A stretch of DNA of 52,840 nt from a virus: the IMG/VR virus record IMGVR_UViG_3300045988_082043; one strand, 5' to 3'. Both the position numbers and the translations under genes were made by a program. Positions 22,612-30,607 of this stretch are shown here, piece after piece; within the stretch, counting starts at the first letter, position 1; each line of letters opens with the position of its first letter. Under the pieces are notes generated by a model. The model made no database searches. It was not told the origin of the DNA and worked only from the letters and a program-made list of their open reading frames with translations.

Positions 22612-23094
22612 TCAGATCGTGCCCCATGGGGCGGCGTTGTAGTCGGCGGTGTTGGAAACGAGGAAATGTGTGTAGACGCGGGAGAAGTCGATCAGGGCCA
22701 GGAGCAGCGGGTCTTTTCTGGTGGCGTCCTCGCTGGCCTGGTATATCTCGCAGTCGATCAGCTTGGCGAGCTTGTAGTGCCAGGGCAACAGCTTTTCGTG
22801 CTGGTCCTCGCGCTCCCGCTCCTGTACCAGCGGGAGAACGCTGGGCATCTCCGGCGGCGTGGTGTCGGCATCGGTTTTGTAGCGCCCGGCATAGGCGCGG
22901 CTGTTCAGGTCGTACAGGCGGCGGAAGATCAGGCCGGAGCAGTAGAAGCCGTAGCGGTCGCGGCAGTCGCTCAGGGCCTTGTAAAGGCTGTCGGGAGCGT
23001 CGAAGCCGAAGCGATTGAAGCCGCTGTTGAGGATGTATTCCAGGGTGTTCGCGGTGGCGGCGTGGGCCTGGTCGGACATGATGAAGCAAGACAT
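22612..23094 (-). CDS. hypothetical protein
   Basis: 160 aa, preceded by the conserved leader CCAAAACCACAAAACGGAGGTACACAAAATG. Confidence 0.65.
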   Translation of the reverse strand: MSCFIMSDQAHAATANTLEYILNSGFNRFGFDAPDSLYKALSDCRDRYGFYCSGLIFRRLYDLNSRAYAGRYKTDADTTPPEMPSVLPLVQEREREDQHEKLLPWHYKLAKLIDCEIYQASEDATRKDPLLLALIDFSRVYTHFLVSNTADYNAAPWGTI

Positions 23095-23122
23095 TTTGTG
23101 TACCTCCGTTTTGTGGTTTTGG

Positions 23123-23488
23123 TTAGTGGGTGGGACACTGGAACAGGACGCAAAGATCAGCCTTGCGGGCGATCTCGTTGATGCGCTGGGCGGTCGTACT
23201 GCCGAGGGAAAAGACGGCGATAAAATTCACGTGGCAGTCGTCCGGGGTGAAGATCGGCTTGCACTCGACGCCCAGGGCGCGAAGATGCGTTGTGATGTTG
23301 GCGGCCTCCGTGACCTCGTGCAGCGCGTCGGCGTAGCACTCGCGGTAAAGGTCCACGCCGTATTTGTCGCGGATGGCGTCGAGCTGGTCCACGTCGAAAA
23401 GCTCGGTGAACGGCTCGTATTTGTGCGGGGTGGACAGGTGCGCGGCGATGATCTCGTTTCTGCAAGACCAGTATCCGGCGGTTTTCAT
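23123..23488 (-). CDS. hypothetical protein
   Basis: 121 aa, preceded by repeat R2 and its leader. Confidence 0.65.
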   Translation of the reverse strand: MKTAGYWSCRNEIIAAHLSTPHKYEPFTELFDVDQLDAIRDKYGVDLYRECYADALHEVTEAANITTHLRALGVECKPIFTPDDCHVNFIAVFSLGSTTAQRINEIARKADLCVLFQCPTH

Positions 23489-23585
23489 TTTGTGTTCCTC
23501 CTGTGTTTTAGTTTTGGGTTTTGCTCATGGGGTCGGGTCGCTTTGTTGTCCGGTGCGGCCCGCGAAGGTGTCCGGCGGCGGGGGA
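23489..23585 (-). repeat. intergenic repeat module R2
   Basis: Same organisation as R1, with an identical 57-nt core at 23527-23583. Confidence 0.8.
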
Positions 23586-23756
23586 TTACTCGGCTGGGCT
23601 GTAAATGCTGTAATCGAGCGGAGCGCCGCAGCAAGGGCAGGTATCCGGCATATCGCCGTTGTCGTCGCAGAACAGAGCCGCGCAGCATACGCCACAACGG
23701 GTGTTTCCGTGCCGGTCCTCGTAGACGAGGCACTTTCCATCTTTCCATTCACTCAT
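23586..23756 (-). CDS. small zinc-ribbon protein
   Basis: 56 aa from ATG 23756 (MSEWKDGKCLVYEDRHGNTRCGVCCAALFCDDNGDMPDTCPCCGAPL...), with the conserved AGGAGGAACAAAACATG leader. Confidence 0.55.
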   Translation of the reverse strand: MSEWKDGKCLVYEDRHGNTRCGVCCAALFCDDNGDMPDTCPCCGAPLDYSIYSPAE

Positions 23757-23870
23757 GTTTTGTTCCTCCTGTGTTTTGGCTTTGGGTTTACCCATGAGCG
23801 CCCGCCCCGGCGGGGGCGGCTGGACTTGCACCAGCGGCGGCGGGGTGCCGTCGGCCTTGCGGGTTTTGGG

Positions 23871-24791
23871 TCAGGCGACGCGGAAATAATAGGCGTTCTT
23901 TTTGCCACTCCACTTGCCACCGGCGGCCTCGATTTCTTTTTCGTGGGGCTTTGTGTCTCCGGCGAGCCAGACCACCGGCGCGGCGGTCGTTGCGCCCTTG
24001 ATGGTGGCGGTCAGGCCGTCCACCTCGGCCCAGCGGGCCGCGATGATCTCGGCGGCGGTTTTGGGTTCGGGCTTCTGCTCGGCGGGCTGTTCCGTCTTGG
24101 TTTCGTGCAGCTCGGCCAGCTTGGCTTTCAGCTCGTCGATCTCGTTGGCTGCCCGGTACAGATCGCCGCGCAGGGCGGCGGCTTCTTCCTGAGCCTGGGC
24201 CAATTCGGCGCGGAGCTTGTCGGCCTCGCCGGTTTTGATGTTGTCCTCGGCGGCCTCGGTGAAAAATGCCTTGATGGCGCGTGCCGCGTTCGGCTCGGCC
24301 CTGATGGGCATGACCACGGCGAACGGCTCGTCGTTGATGTAGGCCAGGGCGGCGGAGATCGCGGACGTGGTGCGGAGCTGGGCGGCGGGGTGAAGCGCGT
24401 CAATGAACTTTGTGTCATAGATCGCGGCGAAATCGGCGTCGGCGTTGTAGTAGCAGGCGGCGGGGGCCTTCTTCGCCTGGACCGTGAATGGGGCGCGGGC
24501 CAGCGGCGCGGCGTCGGCGGTGTCGCGGACGGTATCGGCGAACAGCTTGACCAGATCGAGCTTGTGCGCGTCGTCCTCGTGCTTGCCGTCCTTGTCGAAG
24601 GTCCACGCGCCCGGCTCACAGCAGGTCAACGGCTGGACCGTGGCGGCGTACTCCGGCGCGTTCATGGTGCAGAGAAGATAGCCGTTGCAAACGTAGATTG
24701 TGCCGTCCTCGGAGACCTGGCAAAAGATACGCTCGGAGCCTTTCAGGGCCTTCGCGGTGTTGGTGGTGTAACGTCCGGTAAACTTTTTCAT
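23871..24791 (-). CDS. hypothetical protein with coiled-coil and a C-terminal K..AGGKWS..K.AYYF module
   Basis: 306 aa. The C-terminal ~35 aa (VVWLAGDTKPHEKEIEAAGGKWSGKKNAYYFRV) resemble the C-terminal module of the DUF3560-like protein. Confidence 0.65.
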   Translation of the reverse strand: MKKFTGRYTTNTAKALKGSERIFCQVSEDGTIYVCNGYLLCTMNAPEYAATVQPLTCCEPGAWTFDKDGKHEDDAHKLDLVKLFADTVRDTADAAPLARAPFTVQAKKAPAACYYNADADFAAIYDTKFIDALHPAAQLRTTSAISAALAYINDEPFAVVMPIRAEPNAARAIKAFFTEAAEDNIKTGEADKLRAELAQAQEEAAALRGDLYRAANEIDELKAKLAELHETKTEQPAEQKPEPKTAAEIIAARWAEVDGLTATIKGATTAAPVVWLAGDTKPHEKEIEAAGGKWSGKKNAYYFRVA

Positions 24792-24887
24792 GGGGTGTTC
24801 CTCCTGTTGTGTTGTTTTGGGGCTTGCTGTATGGGGCTGGGTTGCTTTGTGCGGTGCAGCCCTGCTAAAGTGTCCGCTTGTGCTGGG
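24792..24887 (-). repeat. intergenic repeat module R3 (diverged copy)
   Basis: The 60-nt core 24831-24890 aligns with R1 and R2 at about 70% identity, including two compensatory pair changes. Same leader type: ACAACAGGAGGAACACCCCATG. Confidence 0.7.
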
Positions 24888-25301
24888 TCAACGCTTGGAC
24901 TTCTCGACCTGCAAGGCGTGGAAAAGATGGGCTTTCGTCATGTAGAAATGCGGGTCGGTTTCGGGGGTGTCCTGACCTGCCGCCTCGGCGGCCTCGCGGG
25001 CGGCCTTGCCGGGCTTGTCGGTGTACTTCCAGAGCTGGCAGGTGAGCGCGGCGTGCTGGCCCTTCTTCACGCTGTACCCCATGCGCTTCCACTCGGAGAA
25101 GGTGTGGAACGTGTCGGCGGCCAGCATGGCGGAGAAGATGTTATCGGCGCTCTCAGCGCTGCCCTCGTCAACGGTGATCGTGACGGCGGCGCGGCGGGCG
25201 GCGATCTGCTCGGCGGTGTAGGTGGCCTGCACCAGCTCGGCGAGCTGGGCGGGGGTGAAGGTGTTGCGGACGGTCTCGAAGATGATCTCGTTGTTAGTCA
25301 T
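24888..25301 (-). CDS. ArdC-N-terminal-like ssDNA-binding protein (first gene of the leftward operon)
   Basis: 137 aa. ...FHTFSEWKRMGYSVKKGQHAALTCQLWKY... resembles the ArdC_N/DUF1738 core (tf..Wk..G..VkkGek). Confidence 0.5.
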   Translation of the reverse strand: MTNNEIIFETVRNTFTPAQLAELVQATYTAEQIAARRAAVTITVDEGSAESADNIFSAMLAADTFHTFSEWKRMGYSVKKGQHAALTCQLWKYTDKPGKAAREAAEAAGQDTPETDPHFYMTKAHLFHALQVEKSKR

Positions 25302-25333
25302 GGCGTTTTTCCTTTCCGGCCTGTTCGGCCTTT

Positions 25334-25392
25334 ACACGGTGTCGTGTTGTTTGCTGTGGCTCGAATGTAACACGGTGCCGTGTATTTGTCAA
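25334..25392 (-). promoter_or_regulatory. main leftward promoter with two palindromic operators (O1, O2)
   Basis: On the minus strand: TTGACA (25387-25392), 17 nt, TACATT (25364-25369). O1 ACACGGTGCCGTGT (25370-25383) lies in the spacer abutting the -10. O2 ACACGGTGTCGTGT (25334-25347) lies in the 5' UTR, 36 bp centre-to-centre from O1. Confidence 0.7.
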
Positions 25393-25416
25393 GCGGTTTT
25401 TTTCGGCGGCTGGGTG

Positions 25417-25441
25417 TTCCCCCTACGGGGGAAATTTTTTT
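25417..25441 (+). terminator. orphan plus-strand rho-independent terminator
   Basis: ttccccc-tac-gggggaa followed by seven T (25435-25441). No plus-strand gene ends here. Confidence 0.5.
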
Positions 25442-25576
25442 CAGCGGCCCCGGCGGCGTTGCTTTTTCCGTGCGGGTGTGCTATGCTTTACCCGTGGCCG
25501 GACGGCGGCGAACTCGCCGCCCGTGCCGGATTGTTAAGCGTCGGGGGGATGTCGTGGAGGACTGGCCCCCGGCGCT

Positions 25577-25714
25577 TTACTTGTTCACCAGGTCGCGGAG
25601 CCGCTGGCGGAACTCCTCGATGGTCTTGCACTCGTCAGCGAGTATCAAGAGCCGGAGCCGTTCGGCCTCCTGGGCCTGCTGTACAAGCAATTCGCCTGTG
25701 TTCGGCGTGGTCAT
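25577..25714 (-). CDS. small helical protein (45 aa), unknown function
   Basis: Below the track cutoff. MTTPNTGELLVQQAQEAERLRLLILADECKTIEEFRQRLRDLVNK. Strong RBS AAAGGGGAGGTGAAC-ATG and its own promoter upstream. Confidence 0.55.
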   Translation of the reverse strand: MTTPNTGELLVQQAQEAERLRLLILADECKTIEEFRQRLRDLVNK

Positions 25715-25789
25715 GTTCACCTCCCCTTTCTGGTCGCCGTTGTCGGCGGTTCGCTGGGCGGTGGCCGCTGGGCCGTCCGCTTGCCCCGG

Positions 25790-25818
25790 ATGATAGCGGC
25801 GATTTTTTGCGCCGTCAA
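25790..25818 (-). promoter_or_regulatory. sigma70-like promoter for the 45-aa ORF
   Basis: On the minus strand: TTGACG (25813-25818), 17 nt, TATCAT (25790-25795). Confidence 0.55.
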
Positions 25819-25839
25819 TAGGCCGAAATCCCTTCCCAC

Positions 25840-25872
25840 GGCCCCCCTTTAGGGGGCCTGGGAATTATTTTT
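25840..25872 (+). terminator. GC hairpin, weak terminator candidate
   Basis: ggccccc-cttta-gggggcc (25840-25858). The T-run starts only at 25868. Confidence 0.3.
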
Positions 25873-26549
25873 GCACAAAAATCCGTGGCGGTTTTCTGTG
25901 CAGATTGCACAGGCTGGGGGACTATAGGGGGCATATTAGCATAGCTTACCAGGAGACGAGACCGGGCGCGGTAAATACCCTCGGCGGCGGGCCGTGGCCG
26001 TTTTCGGCGGGCCGTCCGGCGATGGCGGAGCCGGGGCGCGGCGGCATGATGGGCAGGCCATCACCGGAGCCGGGGCCAGCCGTGGCGGAGTGGGCCGTGT
26101 GTGCCTGCTGGGATAGCTGACCGGCGGCGGAGCATACCGGCCCGGCGCAGGCCGGAGCCGCCAGCCGATGAACAGCGCCAGCACCAACGCCAGCGAGCCA
26201 AGCAAACGCGCCCGCCCACCCATGCGCAAGGCAGGCAGCAGACCGCCAGCACCGCCAGCCAGGCAGAGGCCAGGCACCGCCCCGCCAGCGCCGCCAGCAC
26301 CAGCAGAGCGCCAGCCAAGCAAACACGCCCACCCGCGAAGATACCAAACGCGCGAGACTTCTCCTCACCGCCATTGATAGCAATACACCCCCTCCTATAC
26401 CCTCCCCCGGCCCGGCGGCGGGTCCTCCCGGCGCAGACGAGGACCTTTGCGGGTTCGAGAGCGCAAAAATTGATTAGGTGCGATGCATTTTTTTCATTTC
26501 CGGCGGGTCCGGGCGAAAAAATGGAGGGGGGTCAAAAAATATGGAACGC

Positions 26550-26701
26550 GCACGCGGGCGGGGGCGCGCGAGGGAAAAGGAACGCGGGCGGGCGTGAGAT
26601 CGGGACGGGTATCATTTTCGCGGCGTCACGAAAATGGTGGAAGGAGCTGGCGCGGCGGAAGCTGCTGGGGCGCACGGATGGACCGCACGCGGGCGGGGGC
26701 G
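26550..26701 (+). repeat. G-rich direct repeats in the non-coding region upstream of the terminase genes (candidate cos/pac or iteron sites)
   Basis: gcacgcgggcgggggcg occurs at 26550-26566 and identically at 26685-26701, with a partial copy acgcgggcgggcg at 26582-26594. An 8-bp inverted repeat cattttcg/cgaaaatg lies at 26613-26636. Confidence 0.45.
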
Positions 26702-27164
26702 TTACGCCGGGGTGGTGATCTGGTACGCGGCGGGGCGTTTTGTTCCGGCGGGTTGGGCTTTTGGTACGCCTGGGAAAAATATTTTTCGGAGTTAGCAACT
26801 TTCGCAGGTTTTCCGTGTTACATTGATATTGTGCAGTAATGGCTCATGGAGAAATCCATGGGCCTTTTTCATTGGCGGGGGCCGCTGTGGTCGTGGAAAA
26901 CCAGGCGGGTTTCGCATCCTTTACCGCTGAAAGGGTCAGGGTTCAAGTCCCCTCTGGCCGCAGGCGGCACCGAATGGAAAACGTCCTGCTGCCGCCGAAG
27001 GTCTGCGCTCATGCGCGGAAGTATCCGCTGCGCGGCGGAGGTAGGCGGAGCGGGACACGCTGCATACCGGGACGGGAGGAGCTGCGAGGCAGCCCGCCCC
27101 GGTCCCGGAACTATTACAGGGACGCGGAGGCGAAAGGATACCGGATAGACAGGGGTGAGAGCAA

Positions 27165-27962
27165 ATGCCGAAGCGGAGTGAGAAACGGGACGCCGCAAAG
27201 GCTGAATACCTCGCCCGGAAAGGCCGGGGCGAACTGGTAGACCTCCGGGAGCTTGCGGAGGGCCTGGGCGTCAACTATCAGACCTTGCGCAACTGGAAGT
27301 CGGCGGATGAATGGGAAAAGGCGGAGCCGAAGAAGAAACGCGGCGGCCAGCCTGGGAACCGGAACAGCGCCGGACATAAAAACGCCGCCGGGAGCCACAA
27401 GGGCGCACCGGCGGGCAATCACAACGCAGAGAAAGATGGGGCTTACAGCACCATCTTTTTTGATACGCTGAGCGAAGCCGAGCGGGAGCTGGTGATGAAT
27501 ACGCCGGTGGGGAGCCGGGCGGCGCTGGAACACGAGATGCAGATACTCAAGTTCCGAGAGCACCGGATACTCACCAAGATCATCGAATATGAGAAGGCCC
27601 CGGAGGACGAGCTGTATTTGAACAGCGTGCTGGATATGCGCCAGCCTGCGGGCCGGGGCGACAAGAAGATAGACGGTGCCAGACAGCAGATGGGAATGTA
27701 CAGCAAGGACAGCGCCTTTGCACGGGTGCTGAAATTGCAGGATGCCCTCTACAAGGTGCAGGGCCGCATCGCAAAGATCGCGGACAGCCTGCGGGCTTTG
27801 GAGGAGAACGAGAAGCGCCTGGAACTGGAAAAGAAGCGGCTGGAAATCCTGCGTATGCGGGCGACGGGCGTGGTGGAGACGCCGGACCCGGAGACCGGCG
27901 AGGACGCGGCGGAGCTTTGGCCCGATGGAACGGAGGATGCAGATGGACCCGAAACGGTTTGA
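27165..27962 (+). CDS. terminase small-subunit-like HTH protein
   Basis: N-terminal HTH (LRELAEGLGVNYQTLRNWK), then GGQPGNRNSAGHKNAAGSHKGAPAGNHNAEKDGAY (the GNxNA/KHGxY repeats typical of Firmicutes phage TerS) and a coiled-coil C-terminus. Confidence 0.7.
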   Translation: MPKRSEKRDAAKAEYLARKGRGELVDLRELAEGLGVNYQTLRNWKSADEWEKAEPKKKRGGQPGNRNSAGHKNAAGSHKGAPAGNHNAEKDGAYSTIFFDTLSEAERELVMNTPVGSRAALEHEMQILKFREHRILTKIIEYEKAPEDELYLNSVLDMRQPAGRGDKKIDGARQQMGMYSKDSAFARVLKLQDALYKVQGRIAKIADSLRALEENEKRLELEKKRLEILRMRATGVVETPDPETGEDAAELWPDGTEDADGPETV

Positions 27963-28152
27963 AAACACGTACACCTATCACGCGCCGAAGGGCGACCAGG
28001 CGGCGCGCTATGAAAAGCTGAGAGCTAAGGCGCGGGAGCTGGCGGAGCTGATCGAGGCGTGCTGCCCGGACAGCCGGGAAAAGAGCTTGGCGCACACGAA
28101 GGTGGAGGAAGCGACTATGTGGGCCAACGCCGCCATCGCAAGAAACGAGTGA
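27943..28152 (+). CDS. hypothetical small helical protein
   Basis: 69 aa from ATG 27943 (MDPKRFENTYTYHAPKGDQAARYEKLR...EEATMWANAAIARNE), with GGAGG 7 nt upstream. Confidence 0.55.
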   Translation: MDPKRFENTYTYHAPKGDQAARYEKLRAKARELAELIEACCPDSREKSLAHTKVEEATMWANAAIARNE

Positions 28153-28156
28153 CGCC

Positions 28157-28630
28157 ATGCGCCTGTACACGAGCAAGGTGATCGCCGACTGGCTGGGCCT
28201 GACGGAGCGGCGGGTGCGCCAGCTCCGGGACGAGGGCATCATCGAGGAGCAGGCACCGGGCCTCTATGACCTGCGCGCCACTACGCGGCGGTACATCTCC
28301 TACCTGCGGAGCGGGAGCCTTGCCGACGAGCGGGCGGGCCTGACCCGCGCCAAGCGGGAGGCGGCGGAGATGGAAAACGCGCTGCGGCGCGGTGAGCTGC
28401 ACCGGACGGAGGAGATCGAGAGCGGCATCAAGACGATGCTTTTGAATATTCGCGGGCGGTTCCTCTCCCTGCCTGCGAAGCTGTCCCCGGCGCTGGCGGC
28501 CATGGGCGGAGACCAGGCCAGCATCTTCGACGAGCTGAAACACGCCATTGACGAGACGCTTGAGGAGCTGCGGGACTTCAACGTGGCCTTTGCACAAGAG
28601 GAGGACGGGGATGGAGAAAAAGAAGAATAA
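28157..28630 (+). CDS. Nu1-like terminase small subunit / DNA-packaging HTH protein
   Basis: N-terminal winged-HTH-like KVIADWLGLTERRVRQLRDEGII..., then RAKREAAEMENALRRGELHR, the Nu1-type pattern. Immediately upstream of the GpA-type large subunit. Confidence 0.6.
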   Translation: MRLYTSKVIADWLGLTERRVRQLRDEGIIEEQAPGLYDLRATTRRYISYLRSGSLADERAGLTRAKREAAEMENALRRGELHRTEEIESGIKTMLLNIRGRFLSLPAKLSPALAAMGGDQASIFDELKHAIDETLEELRDFNVAFAQEEDGDGEKEE

Positions 28631-28781
28631 GGACCCGTGCGCGGGCTGCGTGTGGAAGCTGTGGACAGGCACGAGCGAGAAGGTGCTGTGCTCCCTCCCT
28701 GTATGCAAGCGCGCCGAGTATGAGCGGATGATGCGGGGCGAGAAGGAGCCGGACCATGAAGAAAAAGCGCCGGACGATTGA
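28611..28781 (+). CDS. small Cys-rich protein
   Basis: 56-aa ORF (MEKKKNKDPCAGCVWKLW...CSLPVCKRAEYERMM...) overlapping both neighbours. Confidence 0.4.
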   Translation: MEKKKNKDPCAGCVWKLWTGTSEKVLCSLPVCKRAEYERMMRGEKEPDHEEKAPDD

Positions 28782-30606
28782 GCTTGCCCCGCAGACGGCG
28801 GAGATGTTCGCCCGCTGTGTGGCGGTGCTGAAACCGCCGCCTGAGCTGACGCTATCCCAGTGGGCGGACACCTACCGGATGCTGAGTGCGGAGAACAGCG
28901 CCACGCCGGGCCGGTGGCATACGGACAACGCGCCGTATCAGCGGGAGATCATGGACGCCATCGGCGACCAGCACGTGCGCAAGGTCGTGGTCATGTCCGC
29001 CGCGCAGATCGGCAAGACAGCCATGCTGATGAATATGCTCGGCTACTATATGCACTACTATCCCGCGCCGGTGCTGGTGATGCAGCCGACCCTCGAAATG
29101 GGCCAGACGTTCAGCAAGGACTTCCTGGCTCCCATGATACGGGATACGCCGGTGCTGCGGGTGCTGGTAGACACCAAGAGCCGCTATTCCGGCAACACGA
29201 TCTTGAAGAAGAACTTTCCGGGCGGACACGTGACGATCATCGGCGCGAACAGCCCGGCGAGCCTTGCCAGCCGACCGATCAAGGTGCTGCTGTGCGACGA
29301 GGTGGACCGCTACCCGGCCAGCGCCGGAACAGAGGGCGACCCGCTGCTCCTGGCGCAGAAGCGCCAAACGACCTTTTGGGACAAGAAGACCGTTATCGTA
29401 TCGACACCGACCATCAAGGGAAGCAGCCGCATCGAGACGGAGTTCCAGGAGACGACGCGGGAGGAATGGAACGTACCGTGCCCGAAGTGCGGGCATTATC
29501 AGCCCCTTCGTTGGGCCAACATCGTATTCGACCGGCACGACCTGAAAAAGGGCGTGCGCCACAAGTGCGAGCGCTGCGGGCGCGAAAGCAGTGAATACGC
29601 CTGGAAGGCCCAGGAGATCAAGGGGCATTTCGTGGCGGCAAATCCGGGCGCGGCGGCGCGGGGCTTCCACCTGAACACGCTGGCCTCCACCTTCTGCGGG
29701 TGGCAGGAGGTCGTGGAGAAGTTCCTGCTTGCCAAGGAGATGCTGGACCAGGGCGACCCGGAGAAGATGAAAACGTGGGTGAACACAGAGCTGGGCGAGA
29801 CCTGGGAGGAGCCTGGCGAGCGGCTGGAAGACACCGAACTGGTGAACCGCCGCGAGGTATACGACGCCCAGGTGCCGGAGGATGTGCTGGTGCTGACGGC
29901 AGGCGTGGACGTTCAGGACGACCGCTTCGAGGTGGAAGTCGTGGGCTGGGGCGTCGGCAAGGAGAGCTGGGGCATCCGCTACCAGAAGATATACGGCGAT
30001 ATGCTCAAGGAACAGGTGTGGCGCGATCTGGACGCCTTCCTGACAGCGACGTTCAGTAAGAAGGACGGGACGCAGCTCCCTATCCTCTGCACCTGCATCG
30101 ACAGCGGCGGCCACCACACCGATCAGGTCTACCGCTTCACCAAGGAGCGCTACGAGCGGCGCATCTTTGCCATCAAGGGCAAGGGCGGCCAGGAGGTGCC
30201 ATATATCCGCAACCCGTCCACGAACAACCGCGTGAAGACACCGCTGTTCGTTTTGGGCGTAGACGCGGGCAAGGCGCTGGTGTATCAGCGCCTCAAGCAC
30301 GAGCCGCCGGAGCGGAAGGGGCCGAACTACTGCCACTTCCCGCTGAACGAGGAGGCCGGATACGACGAGCAATACTTCCGGGGCCTGACCAGCGAGAAGG
30401 CCGTGGTACGGTTCCGCAAGGGGCGGAGCGTGACGGTGTGGGAGATCAAGGACGCGAGCTACAAGCGAAACGAGCCGCTTGACCTGCGCAACTACGCCAC
30501 CGCTGCCTTAGAGATCGCAAACCCGGTGCTGAAAGGACCGGAGGAGACGGAGACAGAGCGGCGGCAGAGGGCAACCGGAAGACGCCGCCTGAGTGGAGGT
30601 ATTTAA
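28756..30606 (+). CDS. terminase large subunit, GpA (lambda) family
   Basis: 616 aa. LSQWADTYRMLSAENSATPGRWHTDNAPYQREIMDAIGD...VVVMSAAQIGKT (Walker A-like), LLCDEVD, and a Zn-ribbon CPKCGHYQ...CERCG. Confidence 0.9.
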   Translation: MKKKRRTIELAPQTAEMFARCVAVLKPPPELTLSQWADTYRMLSAENSATPGRWHTDNAPYQREIMDAIGDQHVRKVVVMSAAQIGKTAMLMNMLGYYMHYYPAPVLVMQPTLEMGQTFSKDFLAPMIRDTPVLRVLVDTKSRYSGNTILKKNFPGGHVTIIGANSPASLASRPIKVLLCDEVDRYPASAGTEGDPLLLAQKRQTTFWDKKTVIVSTPTIKGSSRIETEFQETTREEWNVPCPKCGHYQPLRWANIVFDRHDLKKGVRHKCERCGRESSEYAWKAQEIKGHFVAANPGAAARGFHLNTLASTFCGWQEVVEKFLLAKEMLDQGDPEKMKTWVNTELGETWEEPGERLEDTELVNRREVYDAQVPEDVLVLTAGVDVQDDRFEVEVVGWGVGKESWGIRYQKIYGDMLKEQVWRDLDAFLTATFSKKDGTQLPILCTCIDSGGHHTDQVYRFTKERYERRIFAIKGKGGQEVPYIRNPSTNNRVKTPLFVLGVDAGKALVYQRLKHEPPERKGPNYCHFPLNEEAGYDEQYFRGLTSEKAVVRFRKGRSVTVWEIKDASYKRNEPLDLRNYATAALEIANPVLKGPEETETERRQRATGRRRLSGGI

Positions 30607-30607
30607 C

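Noticed and set aside
21522-25370. Two long plus-strand ORFs (21522-23018 and 23364-25370) opposite the leftward operon
   Set aside because: The translations are Gly/Val/Ala-rich low-complexity and run through the intergenic repeats, so the same peptide appears twice. The minus-strand genes each have a canonical GGAGG RBS and tight coupling.
25936-26383. Three overlapping minus-strand ORFs (85-145 aa), some with hydrophobic stretches, in the G-rich region
   Set aside because: All three frames are open at once, which is typical of compositional bias. There is no convincing RBS at a proper spacing, and the translations are repeat-driven Trp/Arg/Ala-rich. The coding status is undecidable from sequence alone.
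26939-26962. tRNA-like T-arm sequence gggTTCAAGTcccctctggccgca, possibly an attP core derived from a tRNA 3' end
   Set aside because: The T-stem pairs for only 3 bp. No D-arm, anticodon arm or matching acceptor 5' strand could be folded upstream, and there is no CCA. With no integrase present, an att role cannot be supported from sequence alone. It is worth a tRNAscan or BLAST against host tRNAs, but it is not reported as a feature.
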